In this document: positions 34,735 through 43,445 of the stretch, one piece after another
Layout: every line of letters begins with the position of its first letter
Numbering within the stretch: the first letter of the stretch is position 1
NCBI GenBank assembly: GCA_036393875.1
Contig: DASWGF010000091.1
Location: 1 to 44,586, forward strand
DNA: 44,586 bases
Direction: 5' to 3'
Origin: Candidatus Dormiibacterota bacterium
Lineage (GTDB): Bacteria; Chloroflexota; Dormibacteria; Dormibacterales; Dormibacteraceae
Translations under genes and position numbers: made by a program
Notes under the pieces: model-generated
What the model was told of the DNA's origin: nothing
What the model saw: only the letters and a program-made list of their open reading frames with translations
The model's database searches: none

Positions 34735-34749
34735 CTTGAGGAGCGCTTT

Positions 34750-34763
34750 CAGGGCGTCCCTCC
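34750..34763 (-). promoter_or_regulatory. Shine-Dalgarno GGAGGG with an in-frame CTG 5 nt downstream (candidate alternative start of the giant gene)
   Basis: The minus strand reads GGAGGG (34763-34758), then ACGCC, then CTG (34752-34750), then AAA GCG CTC CTC AAG ATG (34734). The SD is 5 nt from the CTG but 23 nt from the ATG. There is no ATG, GTG or TTG between the upstream TAA and ATG 34734. Confidence 0.4.
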
Positions 34764-34777
34764 GCCGTCGACGGCGG
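34762..34777. promoter_or_regulatory. Perfect 16-nt palindrome CCGCCGTCGACGGCGG overlapping the SD of the giant gene (potential 5'-UTR hairpin)
   Basis: The palindrome was read directly from the sequence. Its 3' arm on the mRNA strand shares two G residues with the GGAGGG SD. Confidence 0.7.
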
Positions 34778-34903
34778 CTACTGTCACGCTGCTTTTACAC
34801 AAAAAAGAGCGCAAATCAGCGCGTGCTGAAATGCACCAAATAGACGACCCAAAACCCTCCCTTCCTCCTGACGCTGACGACCGGATCCCGATGTAGTTGG
34901 CGA

Positions 34904-34932
34904 AGCATATCACCGGCCAGAGACTTTGTTAA
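34904..34932 (-). promoter_or_regulatory. Candidate sigma70-like promoter for the giant gene (TTAACA, 17-nt spacer, TATGCT)
   Basis: The minus strand has TTAACA (34932-34927), a 17-nt spacer and TATGCT (34909-34904), inside the only clearly AT-richer stretch of the window. This is a pattern match only. Confidence 0.25.
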
Positions 34933-35083
34933 GAAATTTTGGGGGAGATATGAATTAAGTCTTGTAATTGTTTGCAGACGCTGCCCGCGGCCGGTCAGCG
35001 CCGCGATGTCGGTGGGGTTTCACGCCCCGTCCTTCTTATATGTAGAGAGCGTGAAGTCGCTCACAGCCGCGCGCCGGTAGGCT

Positions 35084-35653
35084 TTGATGCTCATGGAGAC
35101 CAGGTTCTTCGAAACCCCGGCTGAGTTTCGAGCCTGGCTGTCGGCGAACCACGAGACTGCCACCGAGATCGGCGTCGTGTTTCACAAGAAAGCCTCCGGC
35201 CGGCCGAGCATGACCTGGTCGGATGCTGTCGACCAGGCGCTGTGCTTCGGCTGGATCGACAGCCTCGCGCGCAGGATCGACGAGACCAGCCGAGTCCAGC
35301 GGTTCACGCCACGAAAACCGCGGAGCAACTGGAGCGCGGTCAACACCAAGAAGGTGGAGGATCTGACGGCGCGGGGGCTCATGGCGCCCGCCGGACTGGC
35401 GGCATTCGGGCGCCGTGAGGACGCACGCTCGAGCGTGTACTCGTACGAGAACCGCCATCTGGCGGCGCTCGACGCCGAACGCGAGTCGAAGTTCCGGGCC
35501 CAAAAAAAGGCGTGGGAATTCTTCGGCAAGCAGCCGCCGTCCTACCGGCAAACCGCGATCTACTGGGTCATGAACGCCAAACGCGATGAAACCCGATCGA
35601 AGCGGCTGGCCCGTCTGATCGAGGTCTCTGCCGACGGCCGGCGTCTCCTATGA
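35084..35653 (+). CDS. YdeI/OmpD-associated (bacteriocin-protection) family protein
   Basis: This is a track ORF of 189 aa. METRFFETPAEFRAWLSANHETATEIGVVFHKK....MTWSDAVDQALCFGWIDS...RFTPRKPRSNWSAVN is the characteristic YdeI-family N-terminal pattern. The true start may be ATG 35093 (METRFF). Confidence 0.8.
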   Translation: MMLMETRFFETPAEFRAWLSANHETATEIGVVFHKKASGRPSMTWSDAVDQALCFGWIDSLARRIDETSRVQRFTPRKPRSNWSAVNTKKVEDLTARGLMAPAGLAAFGRREDARSSVYSYENRHLAALDAERESKFRAQKKAWEFFGKQPPSYRQTAIYWVMNAKRDETRSKRLARLIEVSADGRRLL

Positions 35654-35654
35654 G

Positions 35655-36272
35655 CTAGCGGGCTTGCTCAGGCAGGTATGACTCGATGACGTCGGCGGCG
35701 CGAAGGTCGCCGGGCTGGCCGCGTTCGCGCAGCTTGGCCGCCACGCGCCGCTTCGTCTCCGGCGTGCCCGCCGGGCCGGTCTTGAACTTGATGTGGCGGC
35801 GGACGATCCGCAGCCTCATGGTGGCCAGCCGCTGCAGGCGCGGTCCGTAGAACTCGCCCATCTTCATGGGCTCATACGAGGCCCCCGGCTCGTACCTGGC
35901 CAGCAGCCGGCTCAGGGCGCCGGCCACGTCATTCGGATCAGTCGAAACTCGTTCCACGTCGCACTCGAAGGCAACCGCGCGGAAGTGGAGTGTGGCGCGG
36001 CCGGCGTCCTGATCGCTGACCCAGCTATGGGGTGACCAGGCGAGAAAGTCGGAGACGAAAAAGGTCACGCGTGGGTTGGCCCGGACCGCGTCGAAAGTCG
36101 GATCGGCCTGGACGCAGTGGAGCTCGATGAGGTCGTCTGTCTTCACGAACGGGAGGATGCTGACCTGCGGATAGCCTTCGGCGGTGCACGCGATCAGCGT
36201 CCCATGCCGCATCTCGGCGACAAACCGTTCGGCGGCCGCCTGGTCGGGCGGATAGTTGGAGCTCGCAAACAC
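35655..36272 (-). CDS. PaiB-like FMN-binding negative transcriptional regulator family protein (PNPOx-like split barrel)
   Basis: This is a track ORF of 205 aa. Its length and pattern (RHGTLIACTAEGYPQVSILPF......ELHCVQADPTFDAVRANPRVTFFVSD...LHFRAVAFECDVERV...LSRLLARYEP) are typical of the PaiB/FMN_bind_2 family. Confidence 0.65.
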   Translation of the reverse strand: MFASSNYPPDQAAAERFVAEMRHGTLIACTAEGYPQVSILPFVKTDDLIELHCVQADPTFDAVRANPRVTFFVSDFLAWSPHSWVSDQDAGRATLHFRAVAFECDVERVSTDPNDVAGALSRLLARYEPGASYEPMKMGEFYGPRLQRLATMRLRIVRRHIKFKTGPAGTPETKRRVAAKLRERGQPGDLRAADVIESYLPEQAR

Positions 36273-36601
36273 GCAGCTAAGTCTGGCGCGCCTTGCGCGT
36301 CAGGTGTTCACAGGCGGGCTCGGGTGCGGCGGGACGCAGTCGCGATCGGTCGCCGCCTGCATGATCTGGCCCTGCGGCCCGATCGGACAGACCGGCGGCG
36401 TCGACCAGTAGAAGTGCCCGATCAGCAAACCGAGCACGGCCACCACCAAGAAGGCGAGAACCGGGAAACGGCGCGCCCACGCCGCGACCCATCGGCCAAT
36501 GGGCTGCTGGTAGGTCGTGCACGCGAAATGTCGTCCGCCTGGCCGCCAATGTCAAACGGCGCGCAGCTACCACTTGACAACGCCAACGCGCGGCGGCTGG
36601 G

Positions 36602-37042
36602 TTGATACAGAATGAGATCGGAATGGAAGACAGAAGCGAAGAGCAGATCATCAGCCGCCTGTTCGACCTGGAGAACGACGGCCAGGCGGCGCAACGAGCC
36701 GAGCTGACCGGCGAACGCTTCATCTCGCTGATCCAGGATCCAGTCAACGGACTCGGATACGTCTTCCAGCACGGTCTCGACGAGACCGAGGGCGCGGAGG
36801 TGCCAGTCGGAACGGAGTTCTGGGAGTACCCGACGTGGGACGAGGCCGAGCGGGCCTATGCGCAGCTGGTCGCTGAAGACAGGCAGGCCGGTGAGCTGGT
36901 GGAGACCGATTCGGAGGAAGGCTTGGGCGACTCGGATGCCGACGGAGCCGAGGTCCGCGATCGTTACTCCGCCAGCGACGAGGATCCTCTCATCGGAGAC
37001 GGAGATGACCAGGTGGGTGAGGAAACCGACCAGGTCTCCTGA
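36602..37042 (+). CDS. Acidic hypothetical protein (Asp/Glu-rich C-terminal tail)
   Basis: This is a track ORF of 146 aa with GC3-biased codons and a plausible globular N-terminal half (EQIISRLFDLENDGQAAQRAELTGERFISLIQDPVNGLGYVFQHG). No family was recognised. An alternative start is ATG 36623 (MEDRSEEQ). Confidence 0.5.
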   Translation: MIQNEIGMEDRSEEQIISRLFDLENDGQAAQRAELTGERFISLIQDPVNGLGYVFQHGLDETEGAEVPVGTEFWEYPTWDEAERAYAQLVAEDRQAGELVETDSEEGLGDSDADGAEVRDRYSASDEDPLIGDGDDQVGEETDQVS

Positions 37043-37173
37043 GGTGAGTGTGCGACCGCCCTCCGAGGATGACGCCTAGGACTTCATCCCTTACGAATGA
37101 CCAGGGGGCAGTCGCGATTCGATTCTACCGGCCACCTGCTCACCGTGCCGACGGGCCGTTGCCGGTTGCCAGG

Positions 37174-37556
37174 CTACTGGCGATCGGCTGGAATCACGAA
37201 TGCCCGGACCTGGTCGCCGAAGGTCCTGGTGTCGATCGGCTTGGAGATGTATCCGCTGCAACCGGCGGCGAGCGCCAGCTCCCGGTCGCCGGCCATCGCA
37301 TGGGCCGTCAGCGCCACGATGGGGATGGTGACTGTTGCGGGATCCGCTTTGAGCTGGCGAGTGAGAGAGAGGCCATCCTGTCCCGGCATCTGCACGTCCA
37401 TCAGGATCAGGTCCGGCCGGCGGGCGCGCAAGCGCTCCAGAACCTCGGTGGATGAGCTCGCGGAATCGACTTGAAATCCGTCGAGCTGTAGCACCGCGCA
37501 GGTGAGCAGCAGGCCCGCGTCGTTGTCGTCGACGACAAGGATGAGTGACGACTTGC

Positions 37557-37560
<4 letters not shown>
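37174..37560 (-). CDS. Single-domain CheY-like response regulator receiver
   Basis: This is a track ORF of 128 aa. It shows LILVVDDND, the phospho-acceptor context LILMDVQMPGQDG, ALTAHAM and the conserved Lys in YISKP. Its ATG overlaps the stop of the upstream kinase (ATGA at 37560-37557). Confidence 0.9.
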
Positions 37561-40172
<2,612 letters not shown>

Positions 40173-40340
40173 GGTCGCCGGCCCAGCTGGCTGCCGTAGG
40201 TTGGCATCGACGTCATGTCAGGAACCTCAATCCTTCCGCCTTGGGGCCGGGAAATCGCCAGCAGCGCGAATGGCCCGGTAGCCCTCAACGCGCATGGGTT
40301 GTGTCCCCCGGGATCTGCATGCTGACCCTGGCCGCCATGA

Positions 40341-41252
40341 ATGCCCGAGGGGCCGGCCTTCGAAGCCTCCGTGGGCCATCATGCAAAGGTGCGCGTTGCG
40401 ACCTGGAACGTGAACTCGGTCAAGCAGCGGATACCCCGACTGCTGCCCTGGCTCGACGAACGGCGACCGGACGTGGTCTGCCTTCAGGAGACCAAGCTCA
40501 CCGACCAGGCGTTCGTGGATGCGCTGGGCGCCGCCCTGGGCGGACGCGGGTACGAGATCGCCCACCACGGCGAGGCCCAATGGAATGGGGTGGCGATCCT
40601 GTCCACGACGGGCCTCGATGACGTCGAAGTCGGGATTCCCGGTGGACCGGGCTTCCCTCACCAAGAGGCCCGCGCGATCGCGGCCACCTGCGGTGGGGTC
40701 CGGGTGCACTCGGTTTACGTGCCCAACGGCCGCGTCCCCGACTCCGACCACTATCAGTACAAGCTGGCCTGGCTGCGGGCCCTCGACCGGCTGCTTCAGG
40801 CCGACCCCGCTGCGCGGATGATCTGCGGGGACATGAATATCGCGCCCACCGACGCCGACGTCTTCGATCCCGCCGCCTACAGCGGCCAGACCCATGTCAC
40901 GCCTGCCGAACGGACGGCGCTGGCCGATTTGGCCGGGCACGGCCTCCACGACGTTGTCCGCGAGCACTGGCCGGCTTCGCGTGTCTTCACCTATTGGGAC
41001 TACCGTGCGGGGATGTTCCATCAGGACCTCGGCATGAGGATCGACCTGGTCCTGGCCAGCGACGTCGTGGCGGCGCGGGTGCGGGCGGCCTGGGTCGACC
41101 GCCAGGCGCGCAAGGGCAGCGGGCCCAGCGACCACGCGCCGGTGATCGTCGACCTCGATGAGGCGCCCGATGGCGACATCGGCCCGGTTGTGCCGCCCCC
41201 CTCTGCCCCGGCGGTCCGCCGGGGCGAGGTCAAGCTGCCTCAGGCGCCCTGA
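40341..41252 (+). CDS. xthA: Exodeoxyribonuclease III (AP endonuclease, Xth family) with a Pro-rich C-terminal tail
   Basis: This is a track ORF of 303 aa. It shows VATWNVNSV...PDVVCLQETK...WNGVAILS...VYVPNG...YKL.W......ICGDMNIAP.D.DV...FTYWDYR......G.RID..LAS......D...R...GPSDHAPV. The likely true start is GTG 40389 (VRVATWNVNS). Confidence 0.9.
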   Translation: MPEGPAFEASVGHHAKVRVATWNVNSVKQRIPRLLPWLDERRPDVVCLQETKLTDQAFVDALGAALGGRGYEIAHHGEAQWNGVAILSTTGLDDVEVGIPGGPGFPHQEARAIAATCGGVRVHSVYVPNGRVPDSDHYQYKLAWLRALDRLLQADPAARMICGDMNIAPTDADVFDPAAYSGQTHVTPAERTALADLAGHGLHDVVREHWPASRVFTYWDYRAGMFHQDLGMRIDLVLASDVVAARVRAAWVDRQARKGSGPSDHAPVIVDLDEAPDGDIGPVVPPPSAPAVRRGEVKLPQAP

Positions 41253-41268
41253 TCACTGGAGGTCGCCG

Positions 41269-42573
41269 GTGCGGATAGCGGGCCGCGAGGTCCAGATCAG
41301 CAACCCGGACAAGGTCTTCTTCCCGCTTGCCGGGTACACCAAGGGCGACCTGCTGGACTACTACCTGGCCGTCGCCGAGGGCGCCCTGCGGGGCGTCTCC
41401 AAGCGCCCGATGGCGCTCAAGCGCTTTGTCCACGGGGCCGAGGGGGAGGCCTTCTTCCAGAAGCGAGCGCCCGCGAACCGACCGCCTTGGATCGAGACGG
41501 CGGTGCTCAGCTTTCCTTCGGGCCGAACCGCCGAGGAGATTGTCGTCCGCGATGCCGCCCAGCTGGCCTGGGTGGTCAACCTGGGCTGCATCGACCTCAA
41601 CCCGCACCCCGTGCGCAGCGACGACCTCGACCATCCTGACGAGCTCCGGATCGACCTCGACCCGATGCCGGGAGTGCCGTGGTCGCAAGTCCGGGAGGTG
41701 GCGCTCGCGGCGAAGGGCGTGCTTGATGACATGGGGCTGACCGGCTGGCCCAAGACCTCGGGCTCGCGGGGCATGCACATCTACTGCCGCATCGAGCGCA
41801 ACTGGACTCATCCCGAGGTGCGCCGGGCGGCGGTGGCGTTCGCGCGTGAGGTCGAGCGGCGGGTACCCACGCTCGCGACGTCCAGGTGGTGGAAGGAGGA
41901 GCGCCACGGCGTCTTCCTCGACTACAACCAGAACGCCAAGGACCGCACCATAGCCTCCGCCTATTCGGTCCGGCCGACGCCCGACGCCCGCGTCTCGACG
42001 CCACTCCGCTGGGACGAGGTGCCCGACTGCCAGCCCGAAGCTTTCACGCTGGCGACGGTGCCGGCCCGGTTCGCCGCGATCGGCGATCCCGGTGCCGCGA
42101 TCGATGCCGAGGTGGGGTCGCTCGAAGCCCTGTTGGAGCTTGCCGAGCGGCAAGAGGCGGCCGGGTTGCCGGACGCGCCCTGGCCTCCGAACTACCCGCG
42201 GCAGCCGGGGGAGGCGCCGCGGGTCCAACCGTCACGCGCCCGCGGCCGCTCGAGTGCCGTTCGTCCCGCGGCTCCCGGAAACGAGGCGGGCCCGACCGGC
42301 CGTCGCCGGAGCACAATGCCCGTGGTCGAGATCGCCCGCGCCCGGACGCAGAAAGAGGCGCGGGAAGGGCTCGAACGCTGGAAGTCGCGCCACCCGGAGG
42401 TGGTCCGCCACCTCGAACCCGCCGACATCCTGGTCGACGCGATGCGCGGCCGCAGCTCGGCATGGTATCGAATCCGGGTCAACCTGATTCACGTCCCGGC
42501 TGAGCAGCGCCCGCCTCCGGATCCGCTCGAGGTGGAGTACGACCCCTGGGCCGCCTACCGCGGCCGGCGCTGA
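41269..42573 (+). CDS. Stand-alone LigD-type NHEJ polymerase/primase (AEP) domain protein with a C-terminal extension of about 140 aa
   Basis: An in-frame GTG at 41269 is preceded by GGAGG (41258-41262). The protein shows SNPDKVFFP..GYTKGDLLDYY, ELRIDLDP, WPKTSGSRGMHIY and VFLDYNQNAKDRTIASAYSVRP, the LigD PolDom/AEP motifs. The track start at 41158 would overlap xthA and adds an Arg-rich non-homologous leader. Confidence 0.88.
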   Translation: MRIAGREVQISNPDKVFFPLAGYTKGDLLDYYLAVAEGALRGVSKRPMALKRFVHGAEGEAFFQKRAPANRPPWIETAVLSFPSGRTAEEIVVRDAAQLAWVVNLGCIDLNPHPVRSDDLDHPDELRIDLDPMPGVPWSQVREVALAAKGVLDDMGLTGWPKTSGSRGMHIYCRIERNWTHPEVRRAAVAFAREVERRVPTLATSRWWKEERHGVFLDYNQNAKDRTIASAYSVRPTPDARVSTPLRWDEVPDCQPEAFTLATVPARFAAIGDPGAAIDAEVGSLEALLELAERQEAAGLPDAPWPPNYPRQPGEAPRVQPSRARGRSSAVRPAAPGNEAGPTGRRRSTMPVVEIARARTQKEAREGLERWKSRHPEVVRHLEPADILVDAMRGRSSAWYRIRVNLIHVPAEQRPPPDPLEVEYDPWAAYRGRR

Positions 42574-42601
42574 CCGGGCATCAATCTTGAGTCGGTCAAT
42601 A

Positions 42602-42678
42602 TGGTGGACCGGAGGGGAATCGAACCCCTGACCTTCAGACTGCCAGTCTGACGCGCTCCCGGACTGCGCCACCGGCCC
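42602..42678 (-). tRNA. tRNA-Ala (anticodon GGC) with genome-encoded CCA
   Basis: The reverse complement is GGGCCGGTGGCGCAGTCCGGGAGCGCGTCAGACTGGCAGTCTGAAGGTCAGGGGTTCGATTCCCCTCCGGTCCACCA. The acceptor stem is 7 bp with a G3:U70 wobble, the D stem is GCGC/GCGC, the anticodon stem is TCAGA/TCTGA with loop CTGGCAG, and the T arm is AGGGG-TTCGATT-CCCCT. Confidence 0.93.
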
Positions 42679-42759
42679 ACGCCGCGCAGGAAGGATGATA
42701 CCCCGCGCTTCCGACCTGACTTTTTCGCCTCGTTACCATCTCCCCGAGCCGCCACATAC

Positions 42760-43440
42760 ATGAAAACGCGCGAGATCGATCGAGCCGACCTCAAGGGCGG
42801 CGGTTACGCCGCCCAACCCGATGGCGATGGCCCGCACCCGGGCGTGGTCGTGATCCACGAGGCATATGGCCTCAACGAGAACATCAAGGAAATCACCCGC
42901 CGCTTCGCCGAGAACGGCTACGCGGCGCTCGCTGTCGACCTGTTCGCCGACCGGAATCGCGCGCTCTGCATGGCCCGCTACATGACCGGGATGCTGATCG
43001 GGTCGGTTGACCGCCCGGGCATCGGCGACCTCAAGTCAGCCCTGACCTACCTGGCCGCCATGCCTGACGTCGATCCGCATCGCGTCGGCGCCATCGGCTT
43101 CTGCATGGGGGGCGGCTTTGCGGTCGCGTGGGCATGCACCGATGACCGGCTCAAGGCGATCGCGCCCTTCTACGCCTCCAACCCAAGGCGGATCGAGGTC
43201 GTCAAGCGAATGTGTCCCGTCGTGGGCTCGTACCCCGAGAAGGACTTCACAGCCGGCGCCGGCCGTGCCCTCGGCCAGGCCCTCGACCAGTACAAGATCG
43301 ATCACGACATCAAGATCTATCCCGGCGCCGGCCATTCTTTCTTCAACCCTCAGGGCCGCGCGTACAACAAGGCAGCGGCGCAGGATTCCTGGGACCGAGT
43401 CATGGCCTTCTTCGGCAAGCACCTGACGACCAGCGCTTAG
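42760..43440 (+). CDS. Dienelactone hydrolase family protein (carboxymethylenebutenolidase-like alpha/beta hydrolase)
   Basis: This is a track ORF of 226 aa. It shows PGVVVIHEAYGLNENIKEITRRFAENGYAALAVDLF, the nucleophile elbow GAIGFCMGG, and a C-terminal YPGAGHSF. Confidence 0.88.
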   Translation: MKTREIDRADLKGGGYAAQPDGDGPHPGVVVIHEAYGLNENIKEITRRFAENGYAALAVDLFADRNRALCMARYMTGMLIGSVDRPGIGDLKSALTYLAAMPDVDPHRVGAIGFCMGGGFAVAWACTDDRLKAIAPFYASNPRRIEVVKRMCPVVGSYPEKDFTAGAGRALGQALDQYKIDHDIKIYPGAGHSFFNPQGRAYNKAAAQDSWDRVMAFFGKHLTTSA

Positions 43441-43445
43441 CCGTC

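Noticed and set aside
34940-34958. GGGGGAG followed by ATG (34950) in the AT-rich intergenic region
   Set aside because: The ATG is followed by AAT TAA, so only a two-codon peptide is possible. It is most likely a chance SD-like purine run.
36300-36520. A minus-strand frame encoding a convincing TM helix (WVAAWARRFPVLAFLVVAVLGLLIGHFYWSTPPVCPIGPQGQIMQAATDRDCVPPHPSPPVNT, then a stop)
   Set aside because: A TGA lies about 27 codons upstream of the helix. No ATG, GTG or TTG precedes the hydrophobic segment (only an ATT, plus TTG/GTG codons inside the helix). I cannot support it as a gene, though a small membrane protein with a non-canonical start is not excluded.
36117-36772. Track ORFs 36117-36605 (+), 36277-36747 (-) and 36422-36772 (-) in the gap between the PaiB-like gene and the acidic protein gene
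   Set aside because: They are Arg-rich, mutually overlapping and partly antisense to the flanking real genes, with no motifs. The interval is more plausibly a divergent intergenic region.
41158-41268. The track start ATG 41158 for the LigD-polymerase ORF
   Set aside because: It would overlap the 3' end of xthA by 95 nt and add an Arg/Pro-rich leader with no homology to the family. GTG 41269 has a GGAGG 6 nt upstream and starts exactly at the conserved N-terminus.
40227-42228. Minus-strand ORFs 40227-41135 and 41230-42228
   Set aside because: They are antisense to the well-supported xthA and LigD-polymerase genes, and have shadow-ORF composition.
42574-42760. A possible integration scar or mobile element next to the tRNA-Ala
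   Set aside because: There is no integrase or transposase ORF, no direct repeat of the tRNA 3' end and no visible compositional shift on either side.
43212-43445. The track start ATG 43212 for the NmrA/SDR-like ORF
   Set aside because: That upstream part lies inside the dienelactone hydrolase gene in another frame and is Arg/Pro-rich. The Rossmann motif begins right after ATG 43446.
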